Below the pieces are notes generated by a model, which worked only from the letters and a program-made list of their open reading frames with translations, was not told where the DNA came from and made no database searches. From Candidatus Kaiserbacteria bacterium (GTDB taxonomy: Bacteria; Patescibacteriota; Minisyncoccia; Phycocordibacterales; Phycocordibacteraceae), in the NCBI GenBank assembly GCA_016182485.1, contig JACPGH010000007.1:27656-91655 (forward strand): a stretch of 64,000 nt of DNA, in the 5' to 3' direction. This document shows positions 1 through 8,437 of this stretch, one piece after another. Each line of letters begins with the position of its first letter. Position 1 is the stretch's first letter. Both the position numbers and the translations under genes were made by a program.

Positions 1-159
1 GCGCGTGCCGGCAGTGGCTCGCTCGGCGCCGTGCCTAAGAGAACCGAACGAAACGTCTACCGATTGATGCGGGGGCATGATGGATACGAAAATAATCTAT
101 TTGATGATAATGAGGTAAGTATAGCCCGCCTATTTGGTGTCGAGGGCGCTTATATACAG

Positions 160-190
160 GGAATTTTTCGGAAACTTGTGGTATAATATA
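160..190 (+). promoter_or_regulatory. Putative rnpB promoter with extended -10 element (TGgTATAAT at 179-187), ~5-10 nt upstream of the P1 helix
   Basis: Sequence cttgTGgTATAATat sits immediately upstream of the inferred 5' end of the RNase P RNA. Confidence 0.45.
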
Positions 191-213
191 AAAGGACCAG
201 GCTAGGCGATCGC

Positions 214-285
214 ACTCTGGAACGCTGGAGGCTGGATTCTGGATGCTGGTTACCCAGTCTCTAGGAACCAGCTTCTAGCCTCCAA
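214..285 (+). repeat. 72-nt hairpin-forming repeat, copy 1 (ggaggctgg...ccagcttctagcctcc), located where the P3 hairpin of rnpB would be
   Basis: Near-identical direct repeat of 533-605. Contains an internal imperfect inverted repeat. Confidence 0.7.
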
Positions 286-532
286 GGTGAGGAAAGTCCG
301 AACACGGGCCGCCCTGAAAGGGCGCGCAGCAAGTAGCGGGTAACTCCCGCACACCGCGAGGTGAGAGGTGCGAACAGAGACGCTCATGAGCGAAAGCGAA
401 TGAGCGCCCTGCGAAGCTTGATGCGAAGCAGGGCGACTTGGAGTGTATAGTCCTTCTTCGCCAAGGCTACGAAGGACATTTGTCGAAGACTCCAAATGAA
501 ACGGCAAAATCCTTACTTCCGTGCAAGGCCGT

Positions 533-605
533 ACTCTGGAGCGCTGGAGGCTGGACTCTGGATGCTGGTTTACCCAGCCTCTAGAAACCAGCTTCTAGCC
601 TCCAG
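533..605 (+). repeat. 72-nt hairpin-forming repeat, copy 2, in the P15-P17 region of rnpB
   Basis: ~90% identical to 214-285 by direct inspection. Confidence 0.7.
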
Positions 606-855
606 TTTGTGCCGCTAGATCCCGAGCGCAAGCGAGGGACCAGATAAATGATCGCCGCCGATTTTGCCTGCCGCAGGCAGCTGCAGATTCGACAAGCTCA
701 CTGTGGCGAGCTTTGTCGAGCCACAAATCGAGCGTCCCGAGCAAAGTCGAGGGACTGCGACCCTTCGACAAGCTCAGGGTACTCGATTCTGCAACCACCT
801 TCGGTGGGCAGAATCGGTACAGAATTCGGCTTATCGGCCTGGTCCATAAAACTGC

Positions 856-886
856 GAAAACCCGCCTCCCGGCGGGTTTTCGCTTC
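856..886 (+). terminator. Intrinsic terminator of rnpB (aaaacccgcc-tccc-ggcgggtttt); symmetric, so potentially bidirectional
   Basis: Perfect 10-bp GC-rich stem with a 4-nt loop followed by UUUUCG. Confidence 0.6.
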
Positions 887-905
887 CCCAAACCCCGCAG
901 CGCAC

Positions 906-975
906 ATTCTGTGAAGGTCTGACCTTCACAAGCTAAGCGTTCCCTAAATGTGAATGTGAAGGTCAGACCTTCACA
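906..975. repeat. Pair of REP-like 21-bp palindromes (TGTGAAGGTCTGACCTTCACA and its CAG-centred inverse), left flank of the REPtron
   Basis: Perfect inverted repeats tgaaggtc/gaccttca at 908-930 and 954-975. The same palindrome recurs at 1718-1742, 1763-1790 and 18548-18570. Confidence 0.8.
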
Positions 976-984
976 CTACCAGGA

Positions 985-1695
985 CTACCAGGGTTCGAGC
1001 ATGATGGATTTGAAGTCCTCGCCTCGCGAAGCCATGTGCGCCTCGAGCAGTTCCCTCGCCTCTCCTTTGAACGAATCTCCGCTTCCGATAACTTCCGCCA
1101 TTAGCCCCTCTGCATCGTCTACGATCGGAATGGGATTCTCGAAAATGAGACCGGGCAGACTTGAGAATGGATAACGGCACGCCCATTCCCATGCGTCGTC
1201 AAAATTGACAAGCGCCGCTCGCAGCCCGCCTGGATACATCTCGAGTACATTCTTCACGAGGATATAGAACGCGAGGTAATTCAGATGCTCGCCCCTCTCG
1301 ACGACCCTTCCATGATAAGCACCCTGAAATATGCTTCCTTTCTCCTCATATTTCAGGTTGAAACACATGGACATACTTCCGCCTATTCTTTGCATAAATT
1401 TCGCCGTCCCGCCCTTCCGGATTTCTTGCAGCAACAGATGGAAATGGTTCGACAAGAGCGTCCAGGCAAGTATCCGGACCAGCGGCTCGCGTTCGGGCCA
1501 ATGCGATGGGCGTTCGAAAGCGGGAAGTTTGGCCGCTTCTCGATGCCAGTTCGGATCAGTGTAAGTATCGTTGAGCAGCAGAAGCGATCTGGTCGAGCGC
1601 CACCGATCTTCATCGTCGCGTACGATGTCCATTTCGCGAACCCCGCGCTTAGTGACGTGGACAATAGAATCCACTGAGTAGGGTTCAAGCCTCAT
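985..1695 (-). CDS. REP-associated tyrosine transposase (RAYT), an IS200/IS605-like Y1 HUH transposase
   Basis: HUH motif (SNHFHLLLQ) and a downstream YILVKNV segment resembling the RAYT Y-x-x-NPV catalytic region. Flanked on both sides by inverted pairs of the REP palindrome (REPtron layout). The true start may be an internal Met. Confidence 0.55.
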   Translation of the reverse strand: MRLEPYSVDSIVHVTKRGVREMDIVRDDEDRWRSTRSLLLLNDTYTDPNWHREAAKLPAFERPSHWPEREPLVRILAWTLLSNHFHLLLQEIRKGGTAKFMQRIGGSMSMCFNLKYEEKGSIFQGAYHGRVVERGEHLNYLAFYILVKNVLEMYPGGLRAALVNFDDAWEWACRYPFSSLPGLIFENPIPIVDDAEGLMAEVIGSGDSFKGEARELLEAHMASRGEDFKSIMLEPW

Positions 1696-1715
1696 GAAAT
1701 AAGAATACCTCGCGC

Positions 1716-1792
1716 CCCTGTGAAGGTCAGACCTTCACAGGATAGCTGTGGATTACGACAGCTTGTGAAGGTCTGACCTTCACAAGCTGTTC
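1716..1792. repeat. Pair of REP-like palindromes, right flank of the REPtron (extended 14-bp arms acagcttgtgaagg/ccttcacaagctgt)
   Basis: Copies at 1718-1742 (cag centre) and 1763-1790 (ctg centre). Mirror-symmetric to the left-flank pair. Confidence 0.8.
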
Positions 1793-1879
1793 TTCGATGG
1801 AGGGTGGCCAGATAAACAGGCATGGACTTTGCTATGTAAAGCGAACCGGCGCACGCGAAGCGTGCGCCGGATAACTGGC

Positions 1880-2494
1880 CTACCCTATTAGGGGTCGCAC
1901 CAGGAGGAATCGACAGGTCGGAAGCCACAGACATTCATCCTCTTCTCGCAGGCCGATTACCCGCTTCCCCGACAGCTCCTGATACAGGACTACCGGATTG
2001 GGACAGAAGGATGCGATCGAGAAGCGACGCTGCCGGCCTGGATAGAGCGCGGCATGCGCGAGCATGTGCTCGATTCCCGCGAACGACCACCAGGTTGGGA
2101 CCAGCTGTCTGATCTCCTCTCTCGCGCGTGCCGACGTGACCTCCCTATCGAACCGGACATATTGCGCCAAGAACCATTTGGTATTGACGGTGGCCGGCTT
2201 CTGGACGAGGGCGCGGAATCTCTCCCCGACCTGCTTCTCGACGTCGAAGTCACCGAGGGCTAGCATCTCCTCGATCGACAGCGAGTAATCCACGACGAGA
2301 CGGAAGAGGCTCGACTCCAGACCGAGTGCCTGTCGAAAGCTCTTGAGGTCGGGCAGTGTGCGTTTCCTAGCCGCCTGAGCAAGAGCTGCCAGATGGCCGC
2401 CGTGAATCGTGTCGATCTCCTCTTCCGTGAGCCCCTGCTGATCGAGAATGAGAAGCGTCTGCCTCGCCCTGCCGAAGATGCCATCGGTGCCCAT
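1880..2494 (-). CDS. Hypothetical protein (204 aa), no recognisable family
   Basis: Long ORF with coding-like composition between the REPtron and the RNR gene. No motif recognised. Confidence 0.4.
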   Translation of the reverse strand: MGTDGIFGRARQTLLILDQQGLTEEEIDTIHGGHLAALAQAARKRTLPDLKSFRQALGLESSLFRLVVDYSLSIEEMLALGDFDVEKQVGERFRALVQKPATVNTKWFLAQYVRFDREVTSARAREEIRQLVPTWWSFAGIEHMLAHAALYPGRQRRFSIASFCPNPVVLYQELSGKRVIGLREEDECLWLPTCRFLLVRPLIG

Positions 2495-2614
2495 AGGTTC
2501 CTCCTATGTGGCGCTACTCCTTGCGGGTAGCATATGTATTTCTAGAAACGGCACATGCGCCTCATGTGCAAGGTACTCCGTAGGCACTATGCCAGAAGTA
2601 AAAAATGGCGCAAC

Positions 2615-4996
2615 CTAGACAATCTCGCAGGTGCCGCCGGCGCAGGCCAGCTCCTTCTTCATCTCGGTTTCGTCCTGCCGCTCGTACGCGATTAGTTTCG
2701 AGTAGTCCACCTTCGGGAAGCGGGCCATGCGCGCTTCATACTCCTCTTTAGTTATCGCCTCGTATGGCGCGAGGCGGTACACATGGTTCGCGCGCGGCAG
2801 GAACGAGAGTCCGCCGATGATATCCCAATTCTTCTGCAGCCAATCCACGACCCCGATCCACTCATCCTCGCCTACCGATACTGTGGCGGAAGGATTATGC
2901 TCGGTGAAATTAAGCTTTACCCGCTTCCAATATTCGAGCTGATCGAGCGCCGTGAGGTCGTCCTTGAAGCGGGCCTCCTTCGAATGGTCGGGCGCTTTCA
3001 CAGGGAATTCGAGTACGAATGTGTTCGCCTCCTCCACCGACTGCCCTACTTCGGGGTAATACGGAACGCCCTGGTCGCGCATAAGCTTGAATAGCGAATC
3101 GGTCGCGCTAATGCGCACCCGGCGGATATAGTACGGGGCGTGACGCGGATGGATGCCCGAGGCGCAATTGAAGGTTTGCGAGACAGTTCCGGAGGGCTTC
3201 ACGGCGGTGACGGACATAGAAGCCTCGATGCCGAACCGCTTCGCGTATGCTTGATTCGTCTTAATGGCCACATCGCGCATCTTGCGCATAATTTCCGGCT
3301 TGCGCGCGGCGGGCGAGTCCCATTGGCCGGTAACCGAGACGCCGAGCAGCCGCTCGGCACGGCAATGGTCGGTCCACTCCTTCGAAATGTAATTGAAATT
3401 CGTCAGCGAGGACTGGTACGTGCCGAGGATAGAGGCGAGGCGCGCCTTCCGAAGAAGCGTCGCTTCAGTGTCTCCCGCGCGCGCGATCACCTCGGAGAGA
3501 TTGCAGAATTGCTTCGACTGGAGGATGATCTCCGCGCACGGGTTGGTACCGATCGGGCCGCGCACGGTCATGTCTTCTCCGATGAATCCGATCTTCTTGA
3601 AATATTCTGCCCGCCGCTTCGGAAGCGTGATGGCCAGAGAGCCGCGGTTGAAGATACCCCGCTCTCCGGAGCCGCTCTTCATAAGCGCGACCCACTCATC
3701 CATCAGCTCCGCATTGGTAGGCTGGCTCTCGTAAACGGCGGAGTTATTCGCGACTGAGCGGTGCGGATCCGTCATATAGAACTGGCCCTTCTTGGCGTCG
3801 CGCATCTCGACGTCGTCGAGATCCGAGAGCGAGATCATCGCCGTGCGGCGAACGCCTCCAGACACTATGGCTTCGCCTATCTTGCAGACGATGTCATGCA
3901 CGTCGATATTGCGAAGGCGGCGGCCCTGGCGCGAGAGTATGCGTTCGCGGGCAAAGGCGAGAAGTGAACGCAGGGGTTCGGGGCCCGAAGCCTTTCCGCC
4001 CATCGTCTTGAGGCGCGCGCCGGCCGGTCGAACTTTCGAGAAGTCGAAGGAGACATCTTTCCCCGCATACCAAGTCTTGAGACCGAGCGTGAGCGCATTG
4101 CACCAGCCCTCGCTCGAATCTTCGACCGTGTGAGTCTGGAGTTTCGCCCCCGTCTGCTTCATTATCTGCGGCAGCTGCTCGACATTTTGGCTCTCGACGG
4201 CGAAGCCGACGCCGCAGCCGCGCGAAGAAAGGTACATGACCTCGGCAAAATCCTCGAGCTTGGTAGGCGCAGCAAACGTACAGTTGTACGCGCACGTATT
4301 GCAGCGGCGCGCGGCTTCGCCTGCGAACTGCATGAGCCGCATCGAGGGCATCACCTCCTGCTTGAGGATGCCCGTACGTATTTCGGTATATTCCTTGTCG
4401 GCGAGTTTGTTGCCAAGATTCTCCCGCATAAAATTCATGTACCGGTCCACCGTCTCTATCCAGGTTTCGCGCCGGCCCTCTTCGGGAATCCATTTCGCAT
4501 AGGTCCGCAGATAAACGAACTCGCCGAGCGCATTCCCTTCAAAATATTTCCTGCTCTCTTCCGCCAGCTTCTTCACCTGTGGAGGGATATCGACGTGCGC
4601 CGCGCGCAGCTGCGCGCGCTTGTCTCGGTACAGAATATAGGCCTTCGCCGTTTTGACGTAATCATTCAAGATCAGGTATTTCTCTACAGAATCCTGCATG
4701 CCCTCGACCGTCGGGAGAAAGTTCTTATATTTCCTCGCGAAGCGGGCCAATTCTCCGGCCACCTGATGTGCGACCAGCGTAGCGTCGTCCTGGCTGCCTT
4801 CGCCCGCGGCAGTCATGCCCTTCCAAATCGCGGTGGCGATTTTATCGAAATCGAAAGAAACAAGACGTCCGTCTCGCTTCTCGATCTGCGGGATCATTTC
4901 GCGATACCGCAGTGTTTCTTTAGAGATTGTGGGAGCGGCCGCTTTTGCAACCGGGATTACGGCAGTTTTGGAACGGATTTTGGCGGCCTTGGACAT
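2615..4996 (-). CDS. Ribonucleotide reductase large chain with N-terminal ATP-cone; likely class II (B12-dependent, NrdJ-like), since no nrdB is nearby
   Basis: ATP-cone-like N-terminus (KRDGRLVSFDFDKI). Active-site motif GTNPCAEI. Cys-rich C-terminal tail (CAGGTCEIV). 793 aa. Confidence 0.8.
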   Translation of the reverse strand: MSKAAKIRSKTAVIPVAKAAAPTISKETLRYREMIPQIEKRDGRLVSFDFDKIATAIWKGMTAAGEGSQDDATLVAHQVAGELARFARKYKNFLPTVEGMQDSVEKYLILNDYVKTAKAYILYRDKRAQLRAAHVDIPPQVKKLAEESRKYFEGNALGEFVYLRTYAKWIPEEGRRETWIETVDRYMNFMRENLGNKLADKEYTEIRTGILKQEVMPSMRLMQFAGEAARRCNTCAYNCTFAAPTKLEDFAEVMYLSSRGCGVGFAVESQNVEQLPQIMKQTGAKLQTHTVEDSSEGWCNALTLGLKTWYAGKDVSFDFSKVRPAGARLKTMGGKASGPEPLRSLLAFARERILSRQGRRLRNIDVHDIVCKIGEAIVSGGVRRTAMISLSDLDDVEMRDAKKGQFYMTDPHRSVANNSAVYESQPTNAELMDEWVALMKSGSGERGIFNRGSLAITLPKRRAEYFKKIGFIGEDMTVRGPIGTNPCAEIILQSKQFCNLSEVIARAGDTEATLLRKARLASILGTYQSSLTNFNYISKEWTDHCRAERLLGVSVTGQWDSPAARKPEIMRKMRDVAIKTNQAYAKRFGIEASMSVTAVKPSGTVSQTFNCASGIHPRHAPYYIRRVRISATDSLFKLMRDQGVPYYPEVGQSVEEANTFVLEFPVKAPDHSKEARFKDDLTALDQLEYWKRVKLNFTEHNPSATVSVGEDEWIGVVDWLQKNWDIIGGLSFLPRANHVYRLAPYEAITKEEYEARMARFPKVDYSKLIAYERQDETEMKKELACAGGTCEIV

Positions 4997-5081
4997 GGGT
5001 TGATAATCAGTGATTGGTAATGACTCCCTCGACTTAGGTTTAGTGTACTCCTCATGTGATTTCGATACCTGTGGATATTTT

Positions 5082-5540
5082 TTATTGCGAAACGTTCGGC
5101 AGATTTTTCAACGAGAACAACGTACCGGTGGCGACTCCGTACATTCGAGCAAAGCCCGCGGCTGTCTCAAGGACATAATGAGTTGGCAGAGCGGGGTAAA
5201 AGACATTCGGAAAGCTCGAGGCAGCCACATCGCTCGCGATAGATATGACTTGTCCTTTATCATCCAGCCAGAAAATATCTATCGGGACAAGCATATCCTT
5301 CATCCATATGCCGTAACGCTCGCTTTTCGGAAAAACTAAAAGCATCCCGGAATCTTCCGGGATGCTTTCTCGACCGCTAAGCCCCTTTTCCCGCGCGGCA
5401 GGAGTTGTAGCAAATTCGATCTTTAAGGACAGGTCGTCGAGCTTAACTACAGGCTCGTTCAGAGCGTATGTCCTATAGACAAGCAGGGCCCCCACGATAA
5501 TTACGCACCCTATCAACAGAGATGCTATCCATCTCGCCAT
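5082..5540 (-). CDS. DUF192 (COG1430) family protein with N-terminal signal/TM segment
   Basis: Motifs GLSGRESIPEDSGMLLVF and GIWMKDMLVPIDIFWLD are typical of DUF192. Confidence 0.6.
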   Translation of the reverse strand: MARWIASLLIGCVIIVGALLVYRTYALNEPVVKLDDLSLKIEFATTPAAREKGLSGRESIPEDSGMLLVFPKSERYGIWMKDMLVPIDIFWLDDKGQVISIASDVAASSFPNVFYPALPTHYVLETAAGFARMYGVATGTLFSLKNLPNVSQ

Positions 5541-5560
5541 TCGCTAATTATGCGCTACCT

Positions 5561-5749
5561 CTAGGAAGTCCTATGCCGCTGCCCACTTTCTTCCATTCGA
5601 GAATGCGTCTGTACGCCCCAGAGCGCGAATACGGCGACTAAGAGGCCGGTAACCACTAGCGTCCAAGATAGCGCCGAACCGGTCAGCCCCAAGAAAGGGA
5701 CGACTATCGTCCACAATCCGAGCACTGCGTTAACCCACTGTTGCCACAT
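5561..5749 (-). CDS. Small two-TM membrane protein (62 aa), possibly SPW-repeat-like
   Basis: Two hydrophobic helices with W/G-rich motifs. Family uncertain. Confidence 0.35.
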   Translation of the reverse strand: MWQQWVNAVLGLWTIVVPFLGLTGSALSWTLVVTGLLVAVFALWGVQTHSRMEESGQRHRTS

Positions 5750-5848
5750 GGTGTGAATAATTACCTAATAATAAGTTGCATGCTAGCCGAGCAGTGATGA
5801 AAATATCGTGAGCGAGATTTCTGTTTTTCTGCTATAACTCCCGTATAC

Positions 5849-5935
5849 GGAGGCGTCGCATAGTGGTCTAGTGCACCGCCTTGGAAAGGCGGCAGGCCGG
5901 AAACGGTCTCGAGAGTTCGAATCTCTCCGCCTCCG
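5849..5935 (+). tRNA. tRNA-Ser (anticodon GGA), class II with long variable arm; CCA not encoded
   Basis: Acceptor stem ggaggcg/cgcctcc, D-arm, anticodon stem ccgcc/ggcgg with loop uuGGAaa, long variable arm, T-arm gagag-ttcgaat-ctctc, discriminator G. Confidence 0.85.
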
Positions 5936-5936
5936 C

Positions 5937-6827
5937 TTATTTTGCAAGTAAAGCTCTGATGCGGTCCGCGACGGGCGGGTGCGTGGAGAAGAGACGCTCG
6001 AGCCAGCTGACCGTCTTGCCTTCCGGACGGCCATAGGGCTCGTCAATAAAGAGATGCGCCGTGGCATGGCTCTTGTGCCGCATAGGCCGGTTATGCGCGC
6101 TGATCTTCTCTAGTGCGGAAGCCAGTCCTTCCGGAAAGCGAGTCAAGAGCGCGCCGGAAGCGTCGGCCAGATATTCCCGCCGGCGGGAAATAGCGAGCTG
6201 AATGAGCTGAGCGGCGATCGGCGCGAGAATAATCCCGACGAGGCCGAGGACAAGGATGATCGGACTGCCGCGATTCTCCCGGTTATTGCCGCCGTAGAAC
6301 GACATGCGCAGAAAGAAGTCCGCCGCGATAGCGACGAAGCCGGCGAGCACCACGGCAATAGTCATCACGAGGATATCCCGATTCTTGATGTGCGAAAGCT
6401 CGTGCGCAATGACTCCTTCGAGTTCGGTCCGCGAAAGCATTGAGAGAAGTCCGGTCGTCGCCGCGACTACCGCGTGCTTCTCGTCGCGGCCGGTCGCGAA
6501 TGCGTTCGGCGCCGGATCGTTTATGACGTACAACTTCGGCATCGGCAATCCCGCCGTGATCGCGAGGTTTTCCGTGACGGTATAGAAATCGAAAAACTCC
6601 TTGCGAGATACCGGGCGCGCCTTCGTGAGCGAGAGCACGAGCTTGTCCGAGGCCCAGTACGCGTAAAAATTCGTCGCTATCGCGATGATGACCGCGAGCC
6701 AGAGGATCGCCGGCTCGTTGTAGTACCATGCGATCGCATAACCGACTGCTATAACGACGACCAGGAAGCCCGCGATCAAGGCCCATGTCCGGCGGATGTT
6801 GCTCGAGCGCTGTTCGTAGAGGTTCAT
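5937..6827 (-). CDS. htpX: Zinc metalloprotease HtpX (M48 family)
   Basis: HELSH zinc motif, four TM segments, and the conserved C-terminal layout of HtpX. Confidence 0.85.
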   Translation of the reverse strand: MNLYEQRSSNIRRTWALIAGFLVVVIAVGYAIAWYYNEPAILWLAVIIAIATNFYAYWASDKLVLSLTKARPVSRKEFFDFYTVTENLAITAGLPMPKLYVINDPAPNAFATGRDEKHAVVAATTGLLSMLSRTELEGVIAHELSHIKNRDILVMTIAVVLAGFVAIAADFFLRMSFYGGNNRENRGSPIILVLGLVGIILAPIAAQLIQLAISRRREYLADASGALLTRFPEGLASALEKISAHNRPMRHKSHATAHLFIDEPYGRPEGKTVSWLERLFSTHPPVADRIRALLAK

Positions 6828-6828
6828 G

Positions 6829-7311
6829 TTAGTGCCTTTTCCAGACGTATTTCTCGCCTTTGCGCAAAGCGTCGGCCATGACTATTTCATCATAGATACC
6901 GTCGAGCAGGTCGTATTCCTTCGACTCCTCCACGTCCACCCAAGCGTATTTGTCATTCTCTGCTTCCTCTAGCTTTACCTCCCCGCCCGCATGATCTGCG
7001 AGGCATGATATCACGATTGAGGCGGCGGCGCCGTCATGTTCGGTTGCGAGCGAGGTAACGTACCGGACGTTCTCAATCGCAAGGCCGACTTCTTCCAGGA
7101 TTTCCCGCGCGAGCGCCTTCTCGAGCACGTTATACCAATAATGCTCGGTATCCTTCGGATATCCGGTAAAGTCTGACGGTTCGAGATGCCCTCCCGGCAC
7201 CGTCCACTTGCCCGGGAATCTTTTCTTCGTGGCCGGACGGCGCGTTATCAAATATTTGCCGTCTTTCTGGATGATCGCGGTAATAACCACTTCAAACCGC
7301 GTGTAAGCCAT
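6829..7311 (-). CDS. NUDIX hydrolase
   Basis: Nudix box GKWTVPGGHLEPSDF...REILEEVG. Confidence 0.75.
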   Translation of the reverse strand: MAYTRFEVVITAIIQKDGKYLITRRPATKKRFPGKWTVPGGHLEPSDFTGYPKDTEHYWYNVLEKALAREILEEVGLAIENVRYVTSLATEHDGAAASIVISCLADHAGGEVKLEEAENDKYAWVDVEESKEYDLLDGIYDEIVMADALRKGEKYVWKRH

Positions 7312-7312
7312 T

Positions 7313-7876
7313 TTAGAACTGCACTTTGACCGGCTCCGCCGCGGCCGCCTCGCCTTCGCCTAGTTCAAAAAGGTCCATGAGCCCGAAGCCGAGCATAGAG
7401 GCGATCAGGTTGCCCGGGAACACTTGCTCGGCGGTGTTGAGGGCCATGACAGTTGAGTTATAGAAGCGCCGGGCGGCCTGGATCTTGTTCTCCGTATCGG
7501 CGAGCTCTTGCTGTAATCCGAGGAAGTTCTGGTTCGCCTTCAGTTCCGGGTACGCCTCGGAGACGGCAAAAAGAGTCTTCAACGCGCCGGTTAGCTGGTT
7601 CTCGGCCTGCGCCTTATCCGGCGCGCTCGTCGCGCTCATGGCGGCCGCCCGCGCCTTCGTTACGTTCTCGAAGGCGCGCGCCTCATGCGCGGCATAGCCC
7701 TTCACGGTCTCGACGAGATTCGGGATGAGGTCATAGCGGCGCTTGAGCTGGACCTGAATATCGGCCCAGGCCTCTTTCGCCCGGTTCACTAGAGTGATCA
7801 ACCGGTTATAGGCAAAAATGACCCACAGCACGACAAGCGCGAGAACGGCGAGCACGACGATGGTGGTAGTAGACAT
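7313..7876 (-). CDS. LemA family membrane protein
   Basis: N-terminal TM, then NRLITLVNRAKEAWADIQVQLKRRYDLIPNLVETVKGYA, typical of LemA. Confidence 0.8.
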   Translation of the reverse strand: MSTTTIVVLAVLALVVLWVIFAYNRLITLVNRAKEAWADIQVQLKRRYDLIPNLVETVKGYAAHEARAFENVTKARAAAMSATSAPDKAQAENQLTGALKTLFAVSEAYPELKANQNFLGLQQELADTENKIQAARRFYNSTVMALNTAEQVFPGNLIASMLGFGLMDLFELGEGEAAAAEPVKVQF

Positions 7877-7991
7877 GCCTAAAGTATACCCCGCATAGAA
7901 GCAAATTCAATGAATCCGGATGCTCTTCATGATATATTCATACAAGAGACGGATAATGACATAATTATAATTCGTATAAAATCCTAATTTT

Positions 7992-8432
7992 ATGACCGGG
8001 AGAACTGTCGGCATTATAATAATAGCGGTTATCGTAATCGCGTTCGGAATCTGGTACCTGCTCACCCTGGTTCCGGGGGAAGCGCGCCAGACTCCCGGCG
8101 CGACAGGAATAACCGGAACGGGCACAACGGTCGCATACACGAACGATGGTTTCTCTCCGAGGAACATCACAGTCCCGGTCGGCACGGCGGTGACGTTCGA
8201 CAATGACTCCGGCGACCCGATGTGGGTCGCCTCGGCGATGCACCCCACGCACGAGGCATATGACGGCACAGCCCTGAGCGCGCACTGCGCCTCTGGTTAC
8301 GCGGGTCCGGAGCCGTTCGATCAGTGCAACGCGGGAGGGAGCTACAGCTTCACCTTCACGAAACCCGGGACTTGGAACTACCACAACCACGCCAACCCCG
8401 CCGATTTCGGATCAGTCACAGTAACTCCGTAA
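7992..8432 (+). CDS. Membrane-anchored cupredoxin-like (plastocyanin/EfeO-type) domain protein
   Basis: N-terminal TM and a beta-sandwich-like segment with His/Cys residues (HPTHEAY, CASGY, YHNHANP). Confidence 0.5.
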   Translation: MTGRTVGIIIIAVIVIAFGIWYLLTLVPGEARQTPGATGITGTGTTVAYTNDGFSPRNITVPVGTAVTFDNDSGDPMWVASAMHPTHEAYDGTALSAHCASGYAGPEPFDQCNAGGSYSFTFTKPGTWNYHNHANPADFGSVTVTP

Positions 8433-8437
8433 AGGAG

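Larger units (their letters stand above)
192..862 (+). ncRNA. rnpB: RNase P RNA (bacterial type), unusually long because of inserted hairpin repeats
   Basis: Conserved P4 5' strand AGAGGAAAGUCCGAAC at 288-303. P8-like hairpin CGGGUAACUCCCG. GUGCGAACAGAGA junction. GNRA hairpins (GCCCUGAAAGGGC, CACCGCGAGGUG). ACUCCA...GUGCAAGGCCGUACU. P4 3' strand/CR-V ACAGAAUUCGGCUUAUCGG at ~822-840, which pairs with AAG(U)CCGAA. P1 pairing AAAGGACCAGGC (192-203) with GCCUGGUCC (~841-849). Followed by an intrinsic terminator. Confidence 0.7.

Noticed and set aside
214-290. Resemblance of ctggattctggat to the 5' end of tmRNA (GGGGCUGAUUCUGGAUUCGAC)
   Set aside because: There is no tRNA-like T-arm/acceptor 3' end and no tag-peptide reading frame. 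The segment is better explained as a P3 hairpin repeat of rnpB.
250-922. Five ORFs of 61-98 aa on both strands spanning 250-922 (e.g. 250-507 -, 595-891 -, 648-914 +)
   Set aside because: They lie within the RNase P RNA and its terminator. Their sequences are explained by RNA secondary-structure elements.
2500-2614. Possible cobalamin riboswitch or NrdR box associated with the RNR gene
   Set aside because: The RNR is on the minus strand, so this region is downstream of it. Neither an NrdR-box consensus nor a B12-box was seen on either side. Only a small hairpin (cacatg-cgcct-catgtg) is present.
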